Below, piece after piece: positions 36,531 through 55,882 of a stretch of DNA of 64,000 nt (its first letter is position 1; each line of letters opens with the position of its first letter). The notes under the pieces are model-generated. The model was not told where the DNA came from. It saw only the letters and a program-made list of their open reading frames with translations, and made no database searches. The translations under genes were made by a program, and so were the position numbers. Source of the DNA: the human T2T-CHM13v2.0 reference genome, Homo sapiens. The stretch is taken from NCBI RefSeq assembly GCF_009914755.1, contig NC_060948.1, one strand, 5' to 3'.

Positions 36531-38630
36531 AGATCCATATTTTTTAAATGAAAAAAAATTTCAAAGGTACTCTGCTTGGTACAATAATCAAATGTATAAA
36601 CTGAGGAATAAAACATAACCATGAAACCTACTTATAACTGCATATGGAAAATACAGAGGATAATTTTTTAAATAACATATTTTGAAAGCCTTAACTAGTA
36701 ATTTGAAGAGTTGGCATTTGAAAGGCCAGTATGAATATACCTTCAAAGCAGCAACACAGGTTCCCCATGAGAAAAAGCAAACACAGGGAAAATAAAAACA
36801 CAAAGGTTCAATCTCTTCTGACCTTTGAAAGACACAGCACAGACAGTGGTCCTTAGGACGAAGAGCAGGAGACCCCTAATTCCGTCACCATGGCGATAGG
36901 GCATAAACATTGCAGGGTGAGGGCACAATCCACATTGTGAGGTCCAACTGCTGCCAGGAAGACAGGAGTGCTTTTACATAGACCGAAAGGTCATTGAAGG
37001 CTCAGAGTTTTGTTTCAAGAACTGAATCCCAAGCCCACACGTTATTAGGCTGCGCTTCTTAAAACAAGTTATGAGATGGGAAAAAGGGCACCCACAAACA
37101 TACGTATACATTATGTATATAATAATATACAGTATCATATATATAATATATATAACCTATGTATAATATTGTTTTACATCCTGCATCTTATGTTATATAT
37201 ATTGTATAAAATATAATAATTGATAATATATAAGTTTTATAATTATACAATATGACATAGAGTATATATTATAATTTATGACATATATAATATATGTTAT
37301 ATATCATATATAGAATATATTATACGGTTAATATACGTATTAAATATAAATTATACATTATATATATTATATATAATATATCTGTTATATATAATACCCA
37401 TTATGCATAATATATATATTATGTCTATGTTATATATAGTATAAAACAACATATAATAATATATAATTGTATATATAAAATGCGACATATAATATATATT
37501 ATATTTTATAACATATGTAATATATATTATATATAATACGTTGTATGTATAATACCTATATTAAATATATATTATATGACTATGTTATTAATTACATGTC
37601 ACATGTGTTATATATTATATATTTTACATAGAATATACCGGTTACATACAATATATACTATGTTACCTATAATGTATAATTTATTACATGTAAAATAAAG
37701 AATGCAATATATTATGTATAATTTATAATATACAATATGTGGAATGTGATATATGTAACATATAATATATGATATATGATATACAGTATATGATATATAA
37801 CATACAATATATGATTCCTAATATATATGGTATACAATATATATTTTATGATATGTATTCTATATGTTTTATATTCTGTTATATATAACTATTTGAAATT
37901 ATATATAACTGTATAATATTTTATGTAAATATGTAATATAATATATATAACTATATAATATATTATATATAACTATATATTATGTTATATATACTTTTAT
38001 AACATAATTTACATAAAATATCATAATATAATATATATTATAATATTTCATATTACATAATATATATTACATATCACCCAATATAACTAACATACATAAT
38101 ATTATAATATAGATTATATTACGTTATATTAAATATCATATATATCATGTATCATATATTCTATAATATATATTACACATTATATAATATGTATGTTGTC
38201 TATTATGTGATATATATAACTATATATATAATTACATTTTTATACATATAACTGGATAAACATGTAATTCTACATATTTTCATTTATAATATGTAGAATT
38301 ATATAATCATATATAATTATTTATATTCTATAAAAAATTTTATCATTATATAAATTATAATATATAAAAATTATAATATGTACTACAAATATATATATAT
38401 TATATATCATATATGATATAGTACCTTTGTTATATATCATAATACATATAAATGTGTATTATGTTATCTATAATTATATAATTTCATATATAAGATGTAT
38501 AATATGTATCATATATTATATATGTTATGTAATATATATAGTATATATAAGATGACACAGGATAAATATTATATACTATGACATATAAAATATATGAGGT
38601 TATATGTTACATATAAGGCATAGCACATAA

Positions 38631-38945
<315 letters not shown>

Positions 38946-41052
38946 AGATCCATATTTTTTAAATGAAAAAAAATTTCAAAGGTACTCTGCTTGGTACAAT
39001 AATCAAATGTATAAACTGAGGAATAAAACATAACCATGAAACCTACTTATAACTGCATATGGAAAATACAGAGGATAATTTTTTAAATAACATATTTTGA
39101 AAGCCTTAACTAGTAATTTGAAGAGTTGGCATTTGAAAGGCCAGTATGAATATACCTTCAAAGCAGCAACACAGGTTCCCCATGAGAAAAAGCAAACACA
39201 GGGAAAACAAAAACACAAAGGTTCAATCTCTTCTGACCTTTGAAAGACACAGCACAGACAGTGGTCCTTAGGACGAAGAGCAGGAGACCCCTAATTCCGT
39301 CACCATGGCGATAGGGCATAAACATTGCTGGGTGAGGGCACAATCCACATTGTGAGGTCCAACTGCTGCCAGGAAGAGAGGAGTGCTTTTACATAGACCG
39401 AAAGGTCATTGAAGGCTCAGAGTTTTGTTTCAAGAACTGAATCCCAAGCCCACACGTTATTAGGCTGCGCTACTTAAAACAAGTTATGAGATGGGAAAAA
39501 GGGCACCCACAAACATACGTATACATTATGTATATAATAATATACAGTATCATATATTTAATATATATAACCTATGTATAATATGGTTTTACATCCTGCA
39601 TCTTATGTTATATATATTGTATAAAATATAATAATTGATAATATATAAGATTTATAATTATACAATATGACATACGGTATATATTATAATTTATGACATA
39701 TATAATATATGTTATATGTCATATATAGAATATATTATACGGTTAATATACGTATTAAATATAAATTATACATTATATATATTATATATAATATATCTGT
39801 TATATATAATAACCATTATGCATAATATATATATTATGTCTATGTTATATATAGTATAAAAGAACATATAATAATATATAATTGTATATATAAAATGCGA
39901 CATATAATATATATTATATTTTATATCATATGTAATATATATTATATATTATATATAATACGTTGTATGTATAATACCTATATTAAATATATATTATATG
40001 ACTATGTTATTAATTACATGTCACATGTGTTATATATTATATATTTTACATAGAATATACCGGTTACATACAATATATACTATGTTACCTATAATGTATA
40101 ATTTATTACATGTAAAATAAAGAATGCAATATATTATGTAAAATTTATAATATACCATATGTGGAATGTGATATATATAACATATAATATATGATATATG
40201 ATATACAGTATATGATATATAACATACAATATATGATTCCTAATATATATGGTATACAATATGTATTTTATGATATGTATTCTATATGTTTTATATTCTG
40301 TTATATATAACTATTTGAAATTATATATAACTGTATAATATTTTATGTAAATATGTAATATAATATATATAACTATATAATATATTATATATAACTATAT
40401 ATTATGTTATATATACTTTTATAACATAATTTACATAAAATATCATAATATAATATATATTATAATATTTCATATTACATAATATATATTACATATCACC
40501 CAATATAACTAACATACATAATATTATAATATAGATTATATTACGTTATATTAAATATCATATATATCATGTATCATATATTCTATAATATATATTACAC
40601 ATTATATAATATGTATGTTGTCTATTATGTGATATATATAACTATATATATAATTACATTTTTATACATATAACTGGATAAACATGTAATTCTACATATT
40701 TTCATTTATAATATGTAGAATTATATAATCATATATAATTATTTATATTCTATAAAAAATTTTATCATTATATAAATTATAATATATAAAAATTATAATA
40801 TGTACTACAAATATATATATATTATATATCATATATGATATAGTACCTTTGTTATATATCATAATACATATAAATGTGTATTATGTTATCTATAATTATA
40901 TAATTTCATATATAAGATGTATAATATGTATCATATATTATATATGTTATGTAATATATATAGTATATATAAGATGACACAGGATAAATATTATATACTA
41001 TGACATATAAAATATATGAGGTTATATGTTACATATAAGGCATAGCACATAA

Positions 41053-41367
<315 letters not shown>

Positions 41368-43472
41368 AGATCCATATTTTTTAAATGAAAAAAAATTTCA
41401 AAGGTACTCTGCTTGGTACAATAATCAAATGTATAAACTGAGGAATAAAACATAACCATGAAACCTACTTATAACTGCATATGGAAAATACAGAGGATAA
41501 TTTTTTAAATAACATATTTTGAAAGCCTTAACTAGTAATTTGAAGAGTTGGCATTTGAAAGGCCAGTATGAATATACCTTCAAAGCAGCAACACAGGTTC
41601 CCCATGAGAAAAAGCAAACACAGGGAAAACAAAAACACAAAGGTTCAATCTCTTCTGACCTTTGAAAGACACAGCACAGACAGTGGTCCTTAGGACGAAG
41701 AGCAGGAGACCCCTAATTCCGTCACCATGGCGATAGGGCATAAACATTGCTGGGTGAGGGCACAATCCACATTGTGAGGTCCAACTGCTGCCAGGAAGAG
41801 AGGAGTGCTTTTACATAGACCGAAAGGTCATTGAAGGCTCAGAGTTTTGTTTCAAGAACTGAATCCCAAGCCCACACGTTATTAGGCTGCGCTACTTAAA
41901 ACAAGTTATGAGATGGGAAAAAGGGCACCCACAAACATACGTATACATTATGTATATAATAATATACAGTATCATATATTTAATATATATAACCTATGTA
42001 TAATATGGTTTTACATCCTGCATCTTATGTTATATATATTGTATAAAATATAATAATTGATAATATATAAGATTTATAATTATACAATATGACATACGGT
42101 ATATATTATAATTTATGACATATATAATATATGTTATATGTCATATATAGAATATATTATACGGTTAATATACGTATTAAATATAAATTATACATTATAT
42201 ATATTATATATAATATATCTGTTATATATAATAACCATTATGCATAATATATATATTATGTCTATGTTATATATAGTATAAAAGAACATATAATAATATA
42301 TAATTGTATATATAAAATGCGACATATAATATATATTATATTTTATATCATATGTAATATATATTATATATTATATATAATACGTTGTATGTATAATACC
42401 TATATTAAATATATATTATATGACTATGTTATTAATTACATGTCACATGTGTTATATATTATATATTTTACATAGAATATACCGGTTACATACAATATAT
42501 ACTATGTTACCTATAATGTATAATTTATTACATGTAAAATAAAGAATGCAATATATTATGTAAAATTTATAATATACCATATGTGGAATGTGATATATAT
42601 AACATATAATATATGATATATGATATACAGTATATGATATATAACATACAATATATGATTCCTAATATATATGGTATACAATATGTATTTTATGATATGT
42701 ATTCTATATGTTTTATATTCTGTTATATATAACTATTTGAAATTATATATAACTGTATAATATTTTATGTAAATATGTAATATAATATATATAACTATAT
42801 AATATATTATATATAACTATATATTATGTTATATATACTTTTATAACATAATTTACATAAAATATCATAATATAATATATATTATATTATTTCATATTAC
42901 ATAATATATATTACATATCACCCAATATAACTAACATACATAATATTATAATATAGATTATATTGTGTTATATTAAATATCATATATATCATGTATCATA
43001 TATTCTATAATATATATTACACATTATATAATATGTATGTTGTCTATTATGTGATATATATAACTATATATATAATTATATTTTTATACATATAACTAGA
43101 TAAACATGTAATTCTACATATTTTCATTTATAATATGTAGAATTATATAATCATATATATTTATTTATATTCTATAAAAAATTTTATCATTATATAAATT
43201 ATAATATATAAAAATTATAATATGTACTACAAATATATATATTATATATCATATATGATATAGTACCTTTGTTATATATCTTAGTACATATAAATGTGTA
43301 TTATGTTATCTATAATTATATAATTTCATATATAAGATGTATAATATGTATCATATATTATATATGTTATGTACTATATATAGTATATATAAGATGACAC
43401 AGGATAAATATTATATACTATGACATATAAAATATATCAGGTTATATGTTACATATAAGGCATAGCACATAA

Positions 43473-43787
<315 letters not shown>

Positions 43788-45915
43788 AGATCCATATTTT
43801 TTAAATGAAAAAAAATTTCAAAGGTACTCTGCTTGGTACAATAATCAAATGTATAAACTGAGGAATAAAACATAACCATGAAACCTACTTATAACTGCAT
43901 ATGGAAAATACAGAGGATAATTTTTTAAATAACATATTTTGAAAGCCTTAACTAGTAATTTGAAGAGTTGGCGTTTGACAGGGCAGTATGAATATACCTT
44001 CAAATCAGCAACACAGGTTCCCCATGAGAAAAAGCAAACACAGGGAAAATAAAAACACAAAGGTTCAATCTCTTCTGACCTTTGAAAGACACAGCACAGA
44101 CAGTGGTCCTTAGGACGAAGAGCAGGAGACCCCTAATTCCGTCACCATGGCGATAGGGCATAAACATTGCTGGGTGAGGGCACAATCCACATTGTGAGGT
44201 CCAACTGCTGCCAGGAAGACAGGAGTGCTTTTACATAGACCGAAAGGTCATTGAAGGCTCAGAGTTTTGTTTCAAGAACTGAATCCCAAGCCCACACGTT
44301 ATTAGGCTGCGCTTCTTAAAACAAGTTATGAGATGGGAAAAAGGGCACCCACAAACATACGTATACATTATGTATATAATAATATACAGTGTCATATATA
44401 TAATATATATAACCTATGTATAATATTGTTTTACATCCTGCATCTTATGTTATATATATTGTATAAAATATAATAATTGATAATATATAAGTTTTATAAT
44501 TATACAATATGACATATAGTATATATTATTATTTATGACATATATAATATATGTTATATGTCATATATAGAATATATTATACGGTTAATATACGTATTAA
44601 ATATAAATTATACATTATATATATTATATATAATATATCTGTTATATATAATACCCATTATGCATAATATATATATTATGTCTATGTTATATATAGTATA
44701 AAACAACATATAATAATATATAATTGTATATATAAAATGCGACATATAATATATATTATATTTTATAACATATGTAATATATATTATATATTATATATAA
44801 TACGTTGTATGTATAATACCTATATTAAATATATATTATATGACTATGTTATTAATTACATGTCACATGTGTTATATATTATATATTTTACATAGAATAT
44901 ACCGGTTACATACAATATATACTATGTTACCTATAATGTATAATTTATTACATGTAAAATAAAGAATGCAATATATTATGTACAATTTATAATATACAAT
45001 ATGTGGAATGTGATATATATAACATATAATATATGATATATGATATACAGTATATGATATATAACATACAATATATGATTCCTAATATATATGGTATACA
45101 ATATATATTTTATGATATGTATTCTATATGTTTTATATTCTGTTATATATAACTATTTGAAATTATAAATAACTGTATAATATTTTATGTAAATATGTAA
45201 TATAATATATATAAATATATAATATATTATATATAACTATATATTATGTTATATATACTTTTATAACATAATTTACATAAAATATCATAATATAATATAT
45301 ATTATATTATTTCATATTACATAATATATATTACATATCACCCAATATAACTAGCATACATAATATTATAATATAGATTATATTGTGTTATATTAAATAT
45401 CATATATATCATGTATCATATATTCTATAATATATATTACACATTATATAATATGTATGTTGTCTATTATGTGATATATATAACTATATATATAATTATA
45501 TTTTTATACATATAACTAGATAAACATGTAATTCTACATATTTTCATTTATAATATGTAGAATTATATAATCATATATAATTATTTATATTCTATAAAAA
45601 ATTTTATCATTATATAAATTATAATATATAAAAATTATAATATGTACTACAAATATATATATTATACATCATATATGATATAGTACCTTTGTTATATATC
45701 ATAATACATATAAATGTGTATTATGTTATCTATAATTATATAATTTCATATATAAGATGTATAATATGTATCATATATTATATATGTTATGTAATATATA
45801 TAGTATATATAAGATGACACAGGATAAATATTATATACTATGACATATAAAATATATGAGGTTATATGTTACATATAAGGCATAGCACATAACATGTAAT
45901 ATGTATCATATATAA

Positions 45916-46206
45916 TTTTTTTTAGACAGAATCTTGTCCTGTTGCACAGGGTGGGGTACAATGGCGCCATCTTTGCTCACTGCAACTTCTGCCTCACGGG
46001 TCCAAGCGATTGTCCTCCCTCAGCCTCCCAGGTAGCTGGGACTACACCACACTGGGACTACACCAGCTGCCACCATGCCTAGCTAATTTTTTGGATTTTT
46101 AGTAGTGACAGCGTTTCACTGTATTGGCCAGGATGGTCTTGATCTCTTCACCTTGTGATCCCCTTGCCTTGGCCTCCAAATTTGCTGGGATTACAGGCCT
46201 GAGCCA
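45916..46206 (-). mobile_element. Alu, DYZ2 unit 20
   Basis: Same sequence, with a T8 tail. Confidence 0.93.
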
Positions 46207-48332
46207 AGATCCATATTTTGTAAATGAAAAAAAATTTCAAAGGTACTCTGCTTGGTACAATAATCAAATGTATAAACTGAGGAATAAAACATAACCATGA
46301 AACCTACTTATAACTGCATATGGAAAATACAGAGGATAATTTTTTAAATAACATATTTTGAAAGCCTTAACTAGTAATTTGAAGAGTTGGCATTTGAAAG
46401 GCCAGTATGAATATACCTTCAAAGCAGCAACACAGGTTCCCCATGAGAAAAAGCAAACACAGGGAAAATAAAAACACAAAGGTTCAATCTCTTCTGACCT
46501 TTGAAAGACACAGCACAGACAGTGGTCCTTAGGACGAAGAGCAGGAGACCCCTAATTCCGTCACCATGGCGATAGGGCATAAACATTGCTGGGTGAGGGC
46601 ACAATCCACATTGTGAGGTCCAACTGCTGCCAGGAAGGCAGGAGTGCTTTTACATAGAACGAAAGGTCATTGAAGGCTCAGAGTTTTGTTTCAAGAACTG
46701 AATCCCAAGCCCACACGATATTAGGCTGCGCTTCTTAAAACAAGTTCTGAGATGGGAAAAAGGGCACCCACAAACATACATATACCTTATGTATATAATA
46801 ATATACAGTATCATATATTTAATATATATAACCTATGTATAATATTGTTTTACATCCTGCATCTTATGTTATATATATTGTATAAAATATAATAATTGAT
46901 AATATATAAGTTTTATATTTATACAATATGACATATAGTATATATTATAATTTATGACATATATAATATATGTTATATATCAAATATAGAATATATTATA
47001 CGGTTAATATACGTATTAAATATAAATTATACATTATATATATTATATAAAATATATCTATTATATATAATACCCATTATAAATAATATATATATTATAT
47101 CTATGTTATATATAGTATAAAACAACACATAATAATATATAATTGTATATATAAAATGCGACATATAATATATATTATATTTTATGACATATGTAATATA
47201 TATTATATTATATATAATACGTTGTATGTATAATACCTATATTAAATATATATTATATGACTATGTTATTAATTACATGTCACATATATTATATATTATA
47301 TATTTTACATGGAATATAAAGGTAACATACAATATATACTATGTTACCTATAATGCATAATTGATTACATGTGAAATAAAGAATGCAATATATTATGTAT
47401 AGTTTATAATATACAATATGTGGAATGTGATATATATAACATATAATATATGATATATGATATACAGTATATGGTATATAACATACAATATATGATACCT
47501 AATATATATGGTATACAATATATATTTTATGATATGTATTCTATATGTTTTATATTCTGTTATATATAACTATTTGAAATTATATATAACTGTATAATAT
47601 TTTATGTAAATATGTAATATAATATATATAACTATATGATATATTATATATAACTATATATTATGTTATATATACTTTCATAACATAATTTACATAAAAT
47701 GTCATAATATAATATATATTATATTATTTCATATTACATAATATATATTACATATCACCCAACATAAGTAACATACATAATATTATAATATAGATTATAT
47801 TATATTATATTAAATATCATATATATCATGTATCATATATTCTAAAATATATATTACACATTATATAATATGTATGTTGTCTATTATGTGATATATATAA
47901 CTATATATATAATTATATTATTATACATATAACTACATAAACATGTAATTCTACATATTTTCATTTATAATATATAGAATTATATAATCATATATAATTA
48001 TTTATATTCTATAAAAAATTATATCATTATATAAATTATAATATATAAAAATTATTATATGTACTACAAATATATATATTATATATCATATATGATATAG
48101 TACCTTTGTTATATATCATAATACATATAAATGTGTATTATGTTATCTATAATTATATAATTTCATATATAAGATGTATAATATGTATTATATATAATAC
48201 ACGTTATGTAATATATATAGTATATATAAGATGACACAGGATAAATATTATATACTATGACATATAAAATATATGAGGTTATATGTTACATATAAGGCAT
48301 AGCACATAACATGTAATATATACCATATATAA

Positions 48333-48624
48333 TTTTTTTTTAGACAGAGTCTTGTCCTGTTGCACAGGGTGGGGTACAATGGCGCCAACTTTGCTCACTG
48401 CAACATCTGCCTCACGGGTCCAAGCGATTGTCCTCCCTCAGCCTCCCAGGTAGCTGGGACTACACCACACTGGGACTACACCAGCTGCCACCATGCCTAG
48501 CTAATTTTTTGGATTTTTAGTAGTGACAGCGTTTCACTGTATTGGCCAGGATGGTCTTGATCTCTTCACCTTGTGATCCCCTTGCCTTGGCCTCCAAATT
48601 TGCTGGGATTACAGGCCTGAGCCA
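48333..48624 (-). mobile_element. Alu, DYZ2 unit 21
   Basis: Same element; GACAGAGTCT variant. Confidence 0.93.
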
Positions 48625-50729
48625 AGATCCATATTTTTTAAATGAAAAAAAATTTCAAAGGTACTCTGCTTGGTACAATAATCAAATGTATAAACTGAGG
48701 AATAAAACATAACCATGAAACCTACTTATAACTGCATATGGAAAATACAGAGGATAATTTTTTAAATAACATATTTTGAAAGCCTTAACTAGTAATTTGA
48801 AGAGTTGGCATTTGAAAGGCCAGTATGAATATACCTTCAAAGCAGCAACACAGGTTCCCCATGAGAAAAAGCAAACTCAGGGAAAATAAAACCACAAAGG
48901 TTCAATCTCTTCTGACCTTTGAAAGACACAGCACAGACAGTGGTCCTTAGGACGAAGAGCAGGAGACCCCTAATTCCGTCACCATGGCGATAGGGCATAA
49001 ACATTGCTGGGTGAGGGCACAATCCACATTGTGAGGTCCAACTGCTGCCAGGAAGACAGGAGTGCTTTTACATAGACCTAAATGTCATTGAAGGCTCAGA
49101 GTTTTGTTTCAAGAACTGAATCCCAAGCCCACACGTTATTAGGCTGCGCTTCCTAAAACAAGTTGTGAGATGGGAAAAAGGGCACCCACAAACATACGTA
49201 TACATTATGTATATAATAATATACAGTATCATATATATAATATATATAACCTATGTATAATATTGTTTTACATCCTGCATCTTATGTTATATATATTGTA
49301 TAAAATATAATAATTGATAATATATAAGTTTTATAATTATACAATATGACATATAGTATATATTATAATTTATGGCATATATAATGTATGTTATATATCA
49401 TATATAGAATATATTATACGGTTAATATACGTATTAAATATAAATTATACATTATATATATTATATATAATATATCTGTTATATATAATACCCATTATGC
49501 ATAATATATATATTATGTCTATGTTATATATAGTATAAAACAACACATAATAATATATAGTTGTATATATAAAATGCGACATAAAATATATATTATATTT
49601 TATGACATATGTAATATATATTATATATTATATATAATACGTTGTATGTATAATACCTATATTAAATATATATTATATGACTATGTTATTAATTACATGT
49701 CACATGTGTTATACATTATATATTTTACATAGAATATACCGGTTACATACAATATATACTATGTTACCTATAATGTATAATTTATTACATGTAAAATAAA
49801 GAATGCAATATATTATGTATAATTTATAATATACAATATGTGGAATGTGATATATATAACATATATTATATGATATATGATATACAGTATATGATATATA
49901 ACATACAATATATGATACCTAATATATATGGTATAAAATATATATTTTATGATATGTATTCTCTATGTTTTATATTCTGTTATATATAACTATTTGAAAT
50001 TATATATAACTGTATAATATTTTATGTAAATATGTAATATAATATATATAACTATATAATATATTATATATAACTATATATTATGTTATATATACTTTTA
50101 TAACATAATTTACATAAAATATCATAATATAATATATATTATATTATTTCATATTACATAATATATATTACATATCACCAAACATAAGTAACATACATAA
50201 TATTATAATATAGATTATATTATGTTATATTAAATATCATATATATCATGTATCATATATTCTATAATATATATTACACATTATATAATATGTATTTTGT
50301 CTATTATGTGATATATATAACTATATATATAATTATATTATTATACATATAACTAGATAAACATGTAATTCTGCATATTTTCATTTATAATATATAGAAT
50401 TATATAATCATATATAATTATTTATATTGTATAAAAAATTATATCATTATATAAATTATAATATATAAAAATTATAATATGTACTACAAATATATATATT
50501 ATATATCATATATGATATAGTACCTTTGTTATATATCATAATACATATAAATGTGTATTATGTTATCTATAATTATATAATTTCATATATAAGATGTATA
50601 ATATGTATTATATATTATACATGTTATGTAATATATATAGTATATATATGATGACACAGGATAAATATTATATACTATGACATATAAAATATATGAGGTT
50701 ATATGTTACATATAAGGCATAGCACATAA

Positions 50730-51044
<315 letters not shown>

Positions 51045-53170
51045 AGATCCATATTTTTTAAATGAAAAAAAATTTCAAAGGTACTCTGCTTGGTACAATA
51101 ATCAAATGTATAAACTGAGGATTAAAACATAACCATGAAACATACTTATAACTTCATATGGAAAATACAGAGGATAATTTTTTAAATAACATATTTTGAA
51201 AGCCTTAACTAGTAATTTGAAGAGTTGGCATTTGAAAGGCCAGTATGAATATACCTCCAAAGCAGCAACACAGGTTCCCCATGAGAAAATACAGACTCAG
51301 GGAAAATAAAACCAAAAAGGTTCAATCTCTTCTGACCTTTGAAAGACACAGCACAGACAGTGGTCCTTAGGACGAAGAGCAGGAGACCCCTAATTCCGTC
51401 ACCATGGCGATAGGGCATAAACATTGCTGGGTGAGGGCACAATCCACATTGTGAGGTCCAACTGCTGCCAGGAAGACAGGAGTGCTTTTACATAGACCGA
51501 AAGGTCATTGAAGGCTCAGAGTTTTGTTTCAAGACCTGAATCCCAAGCCCACACGTTATTAGTCTGCGCTTCTTAAAACAAGTTATGAGATGGGAAAAAG
51601 GGCACCCACAAACATACGTATACATTATGTATATAATAATATACAGCATCATATATATAATATATATAACCTATGTATAATATTGTTTTACATCCTGCAT
51701 CTTATATTATATATATTGTATAAAATATAATAATTGATAATATATAAGTTTTATATTTATACATTATGACATATAGTATATATTATAATTTATGACGTAT
51801 ATAATATATGTTATATATCATATATAGAATATATTATACGGTTAATATACGTATTAAATATAAATTATACATTATATATATTATATATAATACATCTGTT
51901 ATATATAATACCCATTATGCGTAATATATATATTATGTCTATGTTATATATAGTATAAAACAACATATAATAATATATAATTGTATATATAAAATGCGAC
52001 ATATAATATATATTATATTTTATGACATATGTAATATATATTATATATTATATATAATACGTTGTATGTATAATACCTATATGAAATATATATTATATGA
52101 CTATGTTATTAATTACATGTCACATGTGTTATATATTATATATTTTACATAGAATATACCGGTTACATACAATATATACTATGTTACCTACAATATATAT
52201 TTGATTACATGTAAAATAAAGAATGCAATATATTATGTATAATTTATAATATACAATATGTGGAATGTGATATATATAACATATATTATATGATATATGA
52301 TATACAGTATATGATATATAACATACAATATATGATACCTAATATATATGGTATACAATATATATTTCATGATATGTATTCTATATGTTTTATACTCTGT
52401 TATATATAACTATTTGAAATTATATATAACTGTATAATATTTTATGTAAATATGTAATATAATATATAACTATATAATATATTATATATAACTATATATT
52501 ATGTTATATATACTTTTATAACATAATTTACATAAAATATCATAATATAATATATATTATATTATTTCATATTACATAATATATATTACATATCACCCAA
52601 TATAAGTAACATACATAATAGTATAATATAGATTATATTATGTTATATTAAATATCATATATATCATGTATCATATATTCTATAATATATATTACACATT
52701 ATATAATATGTATGTTGTCTATTATGTGATATATATAACTATATATATAATTATATTATTATACATATAACTAGATAAACATGTAATTCTACATATTTTC
52801 ATTTATAATATATAGAATTATATAATCATATATAATTATTTATATTCTATAAAAAATTATATCATTATATAAATTATAATATATAAAAATTATAATATGT
52901 ACTACAAATATATATATTATATATCATATATGATATAGTACCTTTGTTATATATCATAATACATATAAATGTGTATTATGTTATCTATAATTATATAATT
53001 TCATATATAAGATGTATAATATGTATCATATATTATATATGTTATGTAATATATATAGTATATATAAGATGACACAGGATAAATATTATATACTATGACA
53101 TAAAAAACATATGACGTTATATGTTACATATAAGGCATAGCACATAACATGTAATATATATCATATATAA

Positions 53171-53462
53171 TTTTTTTTTAGACAGAGTCTGATCGTGTTG
53201 CACAGGGTGGGGTTCAATGGCGCCATCTTTGCTCACTGCAACATCTGCCTCACGGTTCCAAGCGATTGTCCTCCCTCAGCCTCCCAGGTAGCTGGGACTA
53301 CACCACACTGGGACTACACCAGCTGCCACCATGCCTAGCTAATTTTTTGGATTTTTAGTAGTGACAGCCTTTCACTGTATTGGCCAGGATGATCTTGATC
53401 TCTTCGCCTTGTGATCCCCTTGCCTTGGCCTCCAAATTTGCTGGGATTACAGGCCTGAGCCA
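53171..53462 (-). mobile_element. Alu, DYZ2 unit 23
   Basis: Same element, more diverged. Confidence 0.93.
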
Positions 53463-55590
53463 AGATCCATATTTTGTAAATGAAAAAAAATTTCAAAGGT
53501 ACTCTGCTTGGTACAATAAACAAATGTATAAACTGAGGAATAAAACATAACCATGAAACCTACTTATAACTGCATATGGAAAATACAGAGGATAATTTTT
53601 TAAATAACATATTTTGAAAGCCTTAACTAGTAATTTGAAGAGTTGGCCTTTGAAAGACCAGTATGAATATACCTTCAAAGCAGCAACACAGGTTCCCCAT
53701 GAGAAAAAGCAAACTCAGGGAAAATAAAACCGCAAAGGTTCAATCTCTTCTGACCTTTGAAAGACACAGCACAGACAGTGGTCCTTAGGACGAAGAGCAG
53801 GAGACCCCTAATTCCGTCACCATGGCGATAGAGCATAAACATTGCTGGGTGAGGGCACAATCCACATTGTGAGGTCCAAGTGCTGCCAGGAAGACAGGAG
53901 TGCTTTTACATAGACCGAAAGGTCATTGAAGGCTCAGAGTTTTGTTTCAAGAACTGAATCCCAAGCCCACACGTTATTAGGCTGCGCTTCTTAAAACAAG
54001 TTATGAGATGGGAAAAAGGGCACCCACAAACATACGTATACATTATGTATATAATAATATACAGTATCATATATATAATATATATAACCTATGTATAATA
54101 TTGTTTTACGTCCTGCATCTTATGTTATATATATTATATAAAATATAATAATTGATAATATATATGTTTTGTATTTATACAATATGACATATAGTATATA
54201 TTATAATTTATGACATATATAATATATGTTATATATCATATATAGAATATATTATACGGTTAATATACGTATTAAATATAAATTATACATTATATATATT
54301 ATATATAATATATCTGTTATATATAATACCCATTATGCATAATATATATGTTATGTCTATGTTATATACAGTATAAAACAACATATAATAATATATAATT
54401 GTATATATAAAATGCGACATATAATATATATTTTATTTTATGACATATGTAATATATATTATATATTATATATAAAACGTTGTATGTATAATACCTATAT
54501 TAAATATATATTATATGACTATGTTATTAATTACATGTCACATATGTTATATATTATATATTTTACATAGAATATACCGGTTACATACAATATATACTAT
54601 GTTACATATAATGTATAATTTATTACATGTAAAATAAAGAATGCAATATATTATGTATAATTTATAATATACAATATGTGGAATGTGATATATATAACAT
54701 ATAATATATGATATATGATATACAGTATATGATATATAACATACAATATATGATACCTAATATATATGGTATACAATATATATTTTATGATAAGTATTCT
54801 ATATGTTTTATATTCTGTTATATATACCTATTTGAAATTATATATAACTGTATAATATTTTATGTAAATATGTAATATAATATATATAACTATATAATAT
54901 ATTATATATAACTATATATTATGTTATATATACTTTTATAACATAATTTACATAAAATATCATAATATAATATATAGTATATTATTTCATATTACATAAT
55001 ATATATTACATATCACCCAATATAAGTAACATACTTAATATTATAATATAGATTATATTATGTTATATTAAATATCATATATATCATGTATCATATATTC
55101 TATAATATATATTATACATTATATAATATGTATGTTGTCTATCATGTGATATATATAACTATATATATAAATATATTATTATACATATAACTGGATAAAC
55201 ATGTAATTCTACATATTTTCATTTATAATATATAGAAATATATAATCATATATAATTATTTATATTCTATAAAAAATTATATCATTATATAAATTATAAT
55301 ATATAAAAATTATAATATGTACTACAAATATATATATTATATATCATATATGATATAGTACCTTTGTTATATATCATAATACATATAAATGTGTATTATG
55401 TTATCTATAATTATATAATTTCATATATAAGATGTATAATATGTATTATTTATTATATATGTTTTGTAATATATATAGTATATATAAGCTGACACAGGAT
55501 AAATATCATATACTATGACATATAAAATATATGAGGTTATATGTTACATATAAGGCATAGCACATAACATGCAATATTTATGATATATAA

Positions 55591-55882
<292 letters not shown>
